A DNA stretch of 61,583 nucleotides, the filler included, from Gonapodya sp. JEL0774 (lineage: Eukaryota): NCBI GenBank assembly GCA_027604505.1. It is 11 parts of 11 records of this genome, joined end to end, with 100 filler letters (N's around TTAATTAATTAA, not from the genome) between each part and the next. Parts side by side here need not be neighbours in the genome. Positions count along the whole stretch, not along the records: positions 11,256 to 16,777 come from JADIIX010000708.1; positions 16,878 to 22,394 come from JADIIX010000709.1; positions 22,495 to 28,004 come from JADIIX010000710.1; 8 more parts are not named here. One strand, written 5' to 3'. Shown here piece by piece: positions 12,320 through 23,689 of the stretch (positions within the stretch are counted from its first letter, which is position 1; every line of letters begins with the position of its first letter). Under the pieces are notes generated by a model. The model had not been told where the DNA came from, made no database searches, and was given only the letters and a program-made list of their open reading frames with translations. A program made the translations under genes and the position numbers.

Positions 12320-14539
12320 ATGTCTCTGCACGAATCCTTCATTGAACCAGCGCCAGGAGAATTCCCTCTCGAAGCAGACTTACAGGGTCACCACGACCAT
12401 GGAACCTCGTCATACGTACCCTTTTCCTTCCCTTTCAAATCTATGGTTCCTCGCCCTAGTCCCCTGAATCTGGCCTCCTCTCCGTCTTCGTTTACCGAAA
12501 CCATATTTTCACCGCGCTCAGCCCGATCTGGGAGTTTCCAATCCTCTTCGGGGACACTGTGCTCTGACGAAAATCGTGATTGCGAAGTTGACATCGTCGA
12601 TATTTTCGGTGGAATGGATGATCTCGCCGCAGATTTTAATTCTACATCAAAGGTTCTGGGAAAGACAACAATGCGCGGGTTTCAAAAACCCACGATGAAG
12701 CTCTTAGATCTGCCGTGGGAGATCAAACTTAGAATATTCGGTCTGCTGGATCAGATCGAGCTCGTGAGGATCAGCATTGTAAGTTCAACAAGGAACATCT
12801 GAATCTGCGCAATAAAACCGGGTACCAATCCACCTATGCCAGGTGTGTCGCTCGTTTCACCGCCTCAGTGCCGATGGTCACCTCTGGGCTTCCATTGACC
12901 TCTCCCATCACTACCGACTTGTGCCGGCTCAGCAAATTCTCAGGTTGTGCGTCAATGCGGGTGGTTTTCTGAAAGTCGCCAATTTTCGGTGAGTGAAAGC
13001 AGTTTACCGCATAGTTAATGCGTTTTCATTACGCGCCTATTTCTCGCTACGATCTCTGATGCTGTCTCACTGCGTTTGGTAGAGGGTGCGGCCACGTGCC
13101 GGCCTCGACGTTCTCTCTCCTCCCAGGACCCTGTCCCCACATCTCGCAACTCGACCTACAAGGTTGTCTCTCGCTCTCGAGTGCTGGCCTATCGCAGATG
13201 CTTTCTCACTTGAAAGAACTAAAGAGTCTCAACCTGACTGGACTGAATTGCGTGACGGACCGGAGTTTGCAGGTGTTGGGGAGGGCGGCGGGGAAAGAAT
13301 TAGAAAAGTGCGAAATTGGATTTTGCAGGGGCGTGACGGCGGGAGGTATCAGGTGTGTTCATTTCAACTCCATTCAAACTTTTCCCGTTCAGTTTATAAC
13401 GTATAACTACTCTCCTCAGACACATCGTCCGGTATTGTACTAATCTTTCGACTCTTCACGTCCCCCACCTTCCACTCGAGGACACTTCCCTGGAGAATAT
13501 CGGCCGTAAACTGCCGCACCTCATTTCGTTCGACGCTCGGGGATGCGCCGAGATCACTCCGAAAGGAGTAATAAGCATGCTTGAGATCATGGGAAAGATC
13601 GGGCACCCAGAACTCGCAGACAGAGATGATGCCGACACTCTTCCCACCTCACTTGTCTGCCTCCGCTTATCTCAAATTCCAGCGCTCGACGACACTGCGT
13701 TGCTCGCCATCGGATCGCACTGTCCCCTCCTTCAAACACTCGAACTGGCCGGAGCACACCTCGTGACAGACCTTGGCGTTGCCTCCATCGCCAAGAAATG
13801 CAACAGGCTCCGCCACCTGGACCTGGAGGAGTGCTCTCTCGTCACGGACACGGGACTCGCATTCATTGCAACTCACCTCGTCCACCTTGAGCGGCTTTCG
13901 ATCGGCTTTTTGGACCGTGTAACGGACGATGGAGTAGTTGGGGTGATAAAGAATTGCTTGCATCTCCGCAGTGTGGACATCGACAGTTGTTCGCTGGTGA
14001 CAGACGGAGTGTTGGAACGCATTACGNNNNNNNNNNNNNNNNNNNNNNNNNNNNNNNNNNNNNNNNNNNNNNNNNNNNNNNNNNNNNNNNNNNNNNNNNN
14101 NNNNNNNNNNNNNNNNNNNNNNNNGGCGATGAGAGTCCGCGTCAGAGCGTTGGAGAGCTTAGCGCGAGTAGGACTTGTTAATTCTGGTTCCATTAGGTCA
14201 AGGAACGACTCTGGTTACCAAAGAGAGGAAGCAGTCTCACCTACGGCATCTCGCGCTAGCGTTGGTTTGGAATGTTGGCCTTCCCCAATTTCTCAGCTTC
14301 CAACTGCTCGCTTGGCTCGTGTCGAAGTGTACGACTGCCGACATATTACCCAGAGTGCGTGTCTCGCGCTGGAAAAGAGGGGTGGCATTCAGGTGGGGAG
14401 TTTTTGGTCCACGAGAGGGGCAAGAGAAGGAGCCGGACAGGCCCTGGGGCGAGAAGATGAAGAGGCCGAACATGAGGAAGTGGGGGGAGGACGAGAGAAT
14501 AGGGGAAGACGGAGGAGGGGACAGTGTAATATCCTGTGA
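12320..14539 (+). CDS. F-box/leucine-rich repeat protein, FBXL2/FBXL20-like, with C-terminal CaaX
   Basis: F-box LLDLPWEIKLRIFGLLDQIELVRISI|VCRSFHRL; cysteine-containing LRRs (CPLLQTLELAG, LRHLDLEECSLVTDTGL); ends RGQCNIL*. Spans the scaffold gap at 14027-14124. Confidence 0.88.
14027..14124. other. Internal scaffold gap (98 N, no linker 12-mer)
   Basis: N-run without TTAATTAATTAA; the LRR gene continues on both sides. Confidence 0.9.
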
Positions 14540-14893
14540 GCTTAGGATATCAAGGCAATGGAGATGATGACATGAGGAGACTCTGCATAAGAAATTTTGG
14601 GTGCAGGTTCATACTACGAACATGAAAATGAAAGTACATCAAAGCTATTGGCGAGAGATGTTGTCGATGCACCGAACAGAGGAATTCGTGGAATTCGTGC
14701 AGAAGGATGGGCAAACACGTTATTGCTGGTAGCGCAATTGGATTTAGTTGTTACTTGTACAATAGTTTCACTTCAGTTGCTCAGTATTGTATTATCAAAT
14801 CACGAATCGAATGAAGTTGCCGTCACGAAATTATATTTCGGGTGGACCTATAACATTCCACCTACAGTAATAAGTTACCTGAAAGAAGCACCA

Positions 14894-16636
14894 CTACGTG
14901 GTCTTCTTTGAAAAGTTCACGTATCCAACACCAACGCAAGACAGCAACACTTCGCTTGTTTCGGGATCTTCAGTAACTTTAAATTCAGATCCAAAGAAGG
15001 TTTTGATGTCCCGCAGATATTGGATGCTGCGGTGAAAGGAACAGATGGTGAGGGCGAGAAGACAAGAAAGCAAAAGATCTCAAACCACCACAAAGAAATA
15101 CTGACGTAAACGGCGTCACCTCCCTCCCGAACCTGACCTTCCCCACATCCTCCGGCGCCACCACCATCATGAGACATGCCAACCACTGACATCCCGAGTC
15201 CACACACCCTCCCAAATCAATCTCCCTCAACAAACCCTGAACACATCGACGGGCCAGATCCTCGGGTGTAGGGAAGTGGTAGTTATTTTTGAGATGGGTT
15301 GCCAGGTCAGGGTCCGATGAGGAAGAAGATGTGGAGTGGTGATGCTCGAGGCGGCGAAGGGACGAGGAGGCGGAGCCGGTGGTGGGTTTTGCAGAGCTGG
15401 TGGTGGGATCATTCTCGTCGGACGGAGTCGTGGATTGTGAGGTGGGTTGAAAGGCGACTTCGGAGTGATAAAGAGCTCCTGCGGTGGATTCGGCAACGAG
15501 GGTGAGCGCGTAGCCTGGGGATCTGGAGACAGAATGGCCAAGTTAATGGAAAGTGAACTGGTCATTAAATGAAACTTGTAACTTACTTTCCGGCCTCCTC
15601 CCCCTTGTACACATCGGAGTACACGTATACATCGGGCAAGAATTCGGTCAACGCGCCTCTTGCAGCATCTGCCACCCGGTTAGCCATCTGTGGGCTTACG
15701 CGAGCGGCGTATGCGACGCCCCGAACACGTTTGATCCGTCCTTGGTCCACAAAGAGCAGGGGTTTGAGTTGTCGGACAGTGGGACAGAGGAATCGGACGA
15801 GACCGCCCCCCAAAGGGGCGGCACCTCGTTTTTTGATCTAGTGTGTGAAAGTTGGCAGGATGGACGGTTAGAGAAAATAATCTAGTCTGCTGTTGACGGA
15901 GGATCCAGGAAGATCCCTGCGAACTGGTTGAACTGGGTTTCGCGTCTACTATATATCCATTTGGGACACACCCAGATAGGTTTTCCTCGCTTAATGGCAC
16001 TCATGCACCTCTAGCAGTAAAATTGAGTATTCGAACGGCTCACCTGCAACTCCAATCCGGCCTCCAGCCCGCCGCCGAATCTCCGCAAAACCGGCAACAA
16101 TGCCGTTCGAATCATATCCACGGAGGGATCTACATTATCATTGGTGATTCCTGTCAAGGCGAGCTCAAAGGGGAGCTTGGAGAAGGGAGCTAGTGCGACA
16201 AGGGGTTCCAGAAAGTATCCGATAGCTCGCGAAGTGGGACAAGCGTGTTCAACGTCACCACCGGTGATAACACCCGGTCGGTAATGAACAGATGTTCCTG
16301 AAATATAGATTTGATTCGACCGGTGAAGAAAGTAGTGTGATCTTCACTGACCAATGGCAATCCATAATACCTGTGTAGCTGATTTCGATAACACTGCCGT
16401 TCGTAACCTTCTCCAGGAGTCGCAAGAAGCTGACCTCGTAGTCTGAAATGTGAGTTTACATCACGTGTTCAGTCGATGAGCTCGTAATAGTACTCCATCA
16501 TATCATTTCACCAACCTCGTAACCCGGGATTCTCGTCATGAGGCCTGATTCCATGAATAGTTGTCGCTTTTTGAGCGAGAGTTGCAAGAACGAGTCTCTG
16601 TCTGAATCCACCGTGTCCTTCGAATCGCAGAACCAT
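14894..16636 (-). CDS. RCL1: RNA 3'-terminal phosphate cyclase-like protein Rcl1 (40S biogenesis)
   Basis: Spliced: MVLRFEGHGGFRQRLVLATL...NPGLR|DYEVSFLRLLEKVTNGSVIEISYTG; IKRVRGVAYAARVSPQMANR; FLPDVYVYSDVYKGEEAGK; GGCVD; IQYLRDIKTFFG...CVGVGYVNFSKKTT*. Confidence 0.95.
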
Positions 16637-19041
16637 TACAAAGAATTTTCTCTTTTGAGTTCCTTGAAGGGCCGAACTCGGTGAAGTCCGACGACCACAG
16701 CTCGGTTCGTGTGGAATCCCATAGCTCAGTCAAAGCTTCGATTTAAAAAATTCTTGGACTCGTGATGGAGGCAAATGNNNNNNNNNNNNNNNNNNNNNNN
16801 NNNNNNNNNNNNNNNNNNNNNTTAATTAATTAANNNNNNNNNNNNNNNNNNNNNNNNNNNNNNNNNNNNNNNNNNNNGGGAGAGCAAGCCATTTTTGCTG
16901 AGAAGATGGAGTCAAGGTTTGAAGGTAGTTTAGGGCGGGGGGAAAGAGGAGTATTCGGATAGGAAGATAGCTTCATGTTGGAAAGCGTCAAGGCGGAAGG
17001 GTAGATGGTGGATATTTCTTGTGCCCTATTTCTGTACGTTGTGGTAGATCATGCGTACTTGTTTCGTATCATTGGGGTCCATGTGTGTGATGGTTGGAGT
17101 TGGTGCGGGAGGAGGGGGGACGCACCAGGAGGGTTCAGGTTCCACGAAGGTTTTGAGTTCCTCACAAAAATGTTCTCGTTCTTTTCCTGTATAGTTCCGG
17201 TGTGAGTGCTTGTTTGTGTCTGCGAGTTGTATGTGTAGGCGTTGAAGGAGGAGGAGGGGTCAACAGGGACGTGCACAGTAGAGAGGGGTTTTCTCTTCGT
17301 TATCAGGGCATGTGCGCTACACATACATTACGGGTAGCACATTACAGGTGCTATATTTTGTTTGACTTACTCGTAAAAACTGAATCTCAAAATAACAAGT
17401 AGAAAACCTCTACCTGTATACATATTTTCACAGCTCACAGAGAGCGATCCTGCCATACTGTCACATCTCAGTACTTCCACATTACCATAAGTTGCATTTC
17501 AATCTTTTTCCGCAACCGCTGGTGCTAGATTCTGCCCTGACAGGTGTGTCAAATTATGCAGCACGTCCAGCGCGGATGGTTGGCGGCAGTAGGGAGGAGG
17601 GAGGTCGGTTGGGGGGTCTGGATGCTAGTCGGCTATGGCGAGGGGGATTGCTGTCTCAATGCACTGTTGTAGGGGTGGGGGTGATGAGGAGTTGCAGTGT
17701 GGTCGGCGTGGAGGGGAGCGGGACCTGAGGGTCAGGGGAGGAACAGGGGTGGTGGTGGTTCCATGGGGGTATTGTCCAGAGATCCTCCATGTTCTGGACT
17801 GGGGGCCAACTGTCAATTGTACTCCAGTTCGGACAAGTTGTTGATGGTGTCAGATTGGCACGTTTCGACAGGGGAGAGCCGGATGTAGATCATCCACCAT
17901 ATAGTATTAAGTGTGGGGAGCCATCTGTTGTAGTCATCTATATGGAGCAAGATCCTTGGGCATGCGTATGTGAATGTTGATGTGATCCGTGTCCAGAGGG
18001 TCTGTAGGATGCAGTCATAGCGGGTGGGGGCGGATATGGCGACAACACAGACGACCCATTCCCAGCATTGTCGAGGTGGTAGGGAGAGGACATAATCTTC
18101 CGTTGCGCTGATACAGACACCTGGGAAGATCACGTGGACAAATTACTCATAATAGGGGGGGTGTGGGTGGGGGGAGTGGGTATCAGGGGTCTGTGTCGTG
18201 GCGCTCCATGGACCAGGCTGTGTATCTGGTTGATGATCTCCGTGGTGGGACAGGGGTGCTGACAGGGGCAGGTGGTAGAGGGGTGATGGCCAGCTGGTGC
18301 CTAGCTGGAGCGGGCTGGAGAGGTGGAAGTGGGTGTTGGGAGTGGTTTGAGGGGGTTTGTGGGGGGGGGGGGGGGGGCAGCATACATAAATTCGCAAGTG
18401 GCAACACTGACCAGTCGCAGCAGCCTCTCCATCTTGTGTCATTCCCGTCCTCGCGGTTCCCTCCACGCCCTCTCGCGAGGGGGGTTGTTGAACCCGTGTA
18501 TCGACAACTCTGGCCCATATATATCTTCCCTTGAGGGTGACTGCTCCCTCCTCCGGATCAGGTCTTCAACTACTATCACCCAGGTGCTTGTTTTATTGAA
18601 CCCAAACCCAGGTCGGTGAACGCTGGATGCAGGAGCTATTATGAGCATGATATGTAGCTTTGGGAGTTGGCAGAGCTGTCCTTCCTGAGCATTGGATCCT
18701 GCTGGTAGCTAAGCTTGCCCTAGCCTCCTGAGAGCATCTAGTGCAAGGGCTCTGACTGACTCTGCTCAGCCAATCCCACCACAACCCACCCAGCATGGAC
18801 AGAGTCAGGGACTCAGGGTGACAGAATCCATTTGATCAGACATTCATCTCATCACATCTATTTTGTCTCTACATAGATCAAAAACACACACATATCAGTC
18901 TCATTGTACAATGTGTGGCAGCAACTGCTCCCACCGTTCAGAGTGCGGAAGCTGACGGTTCAGTTGATTCAAAAGATGATGACAGCATTCGACTCACTTG
19001 GCTTGCCTCTCTCTCTGACAGATCTAGGCAGGGAGAGATCG

Positions 19042-19182
19042 CAGGGTTGCCAGGTGGGGAGTCTTGATTCGACACACCACATGTTTTTGAGTGCGGATTT
19101 CACATACATTTTATGTAGTCTAGCTTTTGTAGTAGCCATGTTTTTGGGGAGACATAAAATGCGTACCTGAGTTGGCACGGCA
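19042..19182. mobile_element. Possible degenerate MITE or TIR fragment
   Basis: Starts CAGGGTTGCCAG (a TIR-type motif of cut-and-paste DNA transposons), has an AT-rich core and ends GTTGGCACGGC. Related motifs at 18399-18409 (TGGCAACACTG) and 18668-18678. Confidence 0.3.
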
Positions 19183-19837
19183 GAGACAATCACAACCCCA
19201 GGCTCCTAGGAGGCCACATCCAGCACAAGATCATTTACCAAAAAAATTCTGTTAGAGAACCTTTTGAACGTTCATGTTCAGTTTCCTTTATATCACAATT
19301 TCATGGTTTGAGCATCTTTTTCATCGACAATCACACCATCACCCTTGGATTCGTACTTCATTTTCTCCAAATTTCTAGCTTTTCAGAAGGAATAAATGCA
19401 TGCTACAAGTACCATACAAAACTCTTCATCATTATTTCAGAACCGGTGTGTTTGAATCCAAGTAAGGCTAAGAGGAGTACCATGGTATACGATGGCTTGT
19501 CTAGTGCTACCAAGTTTTCAACATCATTATGGGAAGCCCTGAATTTGAGTTTCAATTCTTGTATATCTGACTCATTCATACGGTAGGATTCATCACGATT
19601 TCTTGCTCTGCCGTGCTCTGTAGATGTCCATCCGCGCACAATTCAATTGTTTGCTATAACGATTGCGCAGTCGCCCACTTTCCAACCATTTCGCTAGCCT
19701 TCGTACGGATCAAAATGATAAAAGAAATTCATGTCAAGATCAGAATAGTGATGTAAGCTCTTTGAGAATGACATGCAAGGGCACGATTTGCGAAGTGTAT
19801 GTAGTGCGCATGATCAGTTCGAATTTTCTCATCCACG

Positions 19838-20797
19838 ATGACGACAGCAAAGGTCAGCTCTCGAGACATGATTTGCCATGTTTTCATCATTCCCCTCACT
19901 CCTCCATAACCGTTCCCGTTATTGGTTTCCTCAACCTAAATTCCCATCATCGACCCCCACTCGTGCATCCCACATGTAGAGTCCCTCTGAGTTCCTCACG
20001 ACAGTGATATCCCGGCCTGTAGTGGTGAAGCTAAACAATGGTATTGAGTTTCGAGGTGAGCGGACGGTGCTTCGTTGTGAGATGGGTCGAGGTGAAGATT
20101 GGAAACTGATCGGATCGCGTTTCGCATTTCACGGACGGTTTTCGTGGTTTGATTCGGGTCTTTCATGGTGATGGTGCGATTGCATTGAAACTTTGCTATT
20201 TCAGGAACACTGGCTTGCTTGGACGGGTATATGAACAGTGAGTTGTGTCAATCTGGGAATCGCCTTGGTTGTTCTACCTCTGCGGACAATCAGTCACCCT
20301 GTGCGTGGGTGCAAGGAATGAATTGAATGATACATCTACTCAGCGAAGTTGCATTCTGGTGAGGCGATACCGGCGGACTGAGTGGGACGGTTCGAACGAA
20401 AGTGAACGGTTGGATGCTGTCCTCTCCTCCTCAGGTGGAGGAGGTTCGCTCTCAGCAGACGTTGCTACCGCGTGGAAATCTGGCAGCTACAGCTGCCCCT
20501 TTTCGGTTGTCTTGCACGGGTTGGACGACGCAGGCTAAATCTTGCCTCTCCTTTCCGCACGATCGAAACACAACTCTTCTGTTCACCCGTCCTGCTGAAG
20601 TTGCCCTCGAGAACTGCGCCGAATACGTGAGTGTTCTTGCTTCTATCGCCTAAGGCCTTGAGTGCGTCTCAGGTAACTGGAGACCCACCGTCCAATTGAT
20701 TACACTCGACTTACAGGTTGGCGGGCAGGTTCGAGGGTCGTACGGGGACGCATTCATTCGTGGTAACAATGTGCTTTACATTAGCCCTTCTAAATGA
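19838..20797 (+). CDS. LSM6: U6 snRNA-associated Sm-like protein LSm6
   Basis: Five exons splice to MTTAK|SPSEFLTTVISRPVVVKLNNGIEFR|GTLACLDGYMN|IALENCAEY|VGGQVRGSYGDAFIRGNNVLYISPSK*. Confidence 0.92.
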
Positions 20798-20956
20798 AAG
20801 AGTGAACCTGAACAAATTGCAGTTGAGTCACGTGGTGGGGGAACAGTAAGAGAAGTCAAGGCCTGATTGAGGCACAGTCTCGACCCACAAAATTATCCAC
20901 CCCACCGCATCTTGGATTCCCCACATTATACCATCTTCCCTTCACACAATCAAACC

Positions 20957-22394
20957 ATGTCTTCCCTGTACCGCAAATCAGCCGCTGTGCCGGCATCCAT
21001 ACACACAGCAACTCAACCACCAAACCCCCCTTCTTCCCTACTCTCAAATGCCAGAAAAGCCTCAATATCCATCGCTCCTCCTATCACTCCTTCTTCAACT
21101 TCAAAATCAATTCCAGCTATGCAAATATGGCACAGAGATCGTTCTGCCCCTTCCTCTCCCAACGATGACGACGGCTCCCCTGAAGATGTCGGACTCCAGA
21201 TGAAGAGACTGCACGCAGTCAACTTGGATGATGAGGAAGACGATGTGCACAGGACTGACTCGGGCGTCGGTGACGTGAAAGTTCACGGAAAAGAGACGGC
21301 AGAAATCTTGGAGCAGAGGACAGTCCCCTTGAGAGGGAGAAAGCGATACCGGACAGACCCCCTGATTCCCGAAGTCAAGGTGAGAGAAAGTCGGACCGAC
21401 GGCGAACCAATTCATACAAAATTGAGAATTGTATGGATGGCAAGGAGTGGCAGTGGGGCGGAGGGGCGTGCTCGGGAGTGCCGATGATCCCCTGTCGCAT
21501 GGACTGTTCCGGAGACCGGTTTTGTCTTTGCCTGAGCTCCAAGCTTTGCCCGAAAGCCACGAGCCTTAAACGTTCGGTATGTTGGATGTGTCGAGGACAT
21601 CCAAGCCTTCAGAATTTGAAGTTTCAGTTGAACTTTGCATTCCCTCGTGTGTGCTCCTGTCAGTGGAGCAGGGAGCTATTGGCTGCACCACGGGCTGACA
21701 GTAGCAAGCACTATGATGCAAATGTATCTGGATCTGACTGATGCCGCAGGAAACACGAACGCGATTATCTTCCATTTGACCAGCTGGTACGCTCTTACAA
21801 TAAGCTGATCATCCACTCCCACCCTTCTCGAACGCCTCTCCCCATTCGACAACTCCCCCCCGGCCGTCCCACTGCCCCCGTCTCCCTTGACCTTGCTTTA
21901 GACAGACCTCTCCACCGTGACTTTCGCTGTGGACCTCGCTGCCGACGATCGTCCCGTCGTACTCAAGAAACCCAACGAACGTCACTTTTGCGACGCTGAG
22001 ATATCGTTACTGAGACTCCTTCGAGAAAAGGGCGTTCAGGGGTGTGTCGAGCTTTTGGACGTGTTCGACGAAGATGACACTGTAGTCATGGTCTTGCCCT
22101 TTCTGAAAAAGTTGAAGAGCAAAGGGTGCGATTTGTTGGATGTCAGGAAAAAGGCGAAGAGAATTGTCAAGGCAAGTCTTAGCTGTGCAGATCGCAGCTC
22201 GAATTTGCAGGGAAGAGTGGAGCGTCCCAGTACCGTCTGAACTCGTTAACCATTTCCCCCCTTCAACCACGCCTCTCACACTCCACGCACTACTCTAACC
22301 ACCCCATTTAGACCCTGGAGCATCTGCACCGGATCGGTGTCGCCCACCTGGACATTTGTTCGAGCAACATTCTCGAGGACCTGGAAGGCCAGCC
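20957..22394 (+). CDS. Divergent protein kinase with low-complexity N-terminus (3' truncated)
   Basis: VVLKK (VAIK equivalent), AEISLLRLL (alphaC), CVELLDVF, LEHLHRIGVAHLDICSSNIL. Confidence 0.75.
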
Positions 22395-22494
22395 NNNNNN
22401 NNNNNNNNNNNNNNNNNNNNNNNNNNNNNNNNNNNNNNTTAATTAATTAANNNNNNNNNNNNNNNNNNNNNNNNNNNNNNNNNNNNNNNNNNNN

Positions 22495-23511
22495 TTACAA
22501 ATTATGCCCTTCACCACACCCAGATTGACATACAGGCCTTTCCCCACACTCTTTACATTCCTGAGAACAACTAAACTTGACAGTGTGTCGAGTTTCTTTT
22601 GTTGTGACTGAAGCCGTTGCTCTAGGTGATACAAATGACAAATGCCGCCACCCCCAACATCTACCTCTACGAACTCATGGACCAACTTGGGGAGCTGTTT
22701 CCCGGAACATCATTCTCAATGTCAACATTATGACGAGAGATATCCCGTCTTGGATATTCGTTGAAGGAGCTCACTAAACTGGCACGGGAAAGGAACTCCC
22801 ACGCTCGGATGGACTTTCTGGCGCACATGACACAGTACCGCAAGGAGCAGCTCATATTCTATTATGAGTCTGCCTGCGATAGGCAAACAGTTGCTCGAAA
22901 GTATGGACGTGCCCCTGCAGGACATCGCGCTTTCGTTTCCACTTTTTTTGTCTGCGGTACGCGATACTCATTGGCAGCAGGTTTCGGACTCAACGGCTAC
23001 ATTGCAACCTCAATTCAGGAAGGAGCTCTAACTTTGGATGACGTTCTGGAGTTTTCCAAAGAGTCACTGGTAAGTGCTAGTTGGTCTTTCGTGGGTCAGT
23101 GGTCAGGAGCTCTGTTATCGCCCATTCCTGCCTTCAGTTACAGGCTTGTAAGCCATTCCCCCTGTCCCGCTCCGTGATTGTTTTGGACAATGCTATTATA
23201 CATAAGCGACAGGATATCAAGGATGCAGTGGAAGCAGCGGGGTGCTGCCTGGAGTTCTTTCCTCCCAACAGTCCAGACTTTTCTCCAGTGAGTGCAATCC
23301 AAACTTGCTTATTATTGACCGTTGGGGCATCTCATTTGCTATGTGCGTACAGGTTGAGAACTCTTTTGCAATAGTGAAGCATTGGCTTTGGGCCAACTGG
23401 GACCATGTGAACGCAGAGGACAACTCGGCAAACACATTGCTCATGGCAACGTTCCATATCGGACCAAAGGAAGGACAGGCATGCTTTAGAGCAGTAGCAC
23501 AATATCTGTGA
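22495..23511 (+). pseudogene. Intron-containing Tc1/IS630-family (DD34E) transposase, inactivated
   Basis: HTH-like PNIYLYELMDQL...SMSTL*REISRLGY (TGA at 22731); LIFYYES where FxDES is expected; VIVLDNAIIH; PPNSPDFSP|VE. Counted spacing from D to E is 34 residues after splicing. Confidence 0.85.
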
Positions 23512-23689
23512 TATTAAGGTTCAGTAAAAGTACACATACAACTGTGAGCGTTATAGAATTTCATGAATGTGAAACGTACATCAGCAAGTACTATCGTAAA
23601 GACACGGCACTTCTATTGTAAAATAAATGAACTCATAGAGCATACAATAAAAAATTGGTTTATATCACCACTCCAAGTGATTCTTGACA

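Noticed and set aside
20238..20600. Assigning the LSM6 intron to RNase P/MRP, SRP, U3, group I intron or TPP riboswitch
   Set aside because: The diagnostic conserved boxes were not found by eye; kept only as an unclassified candidate.
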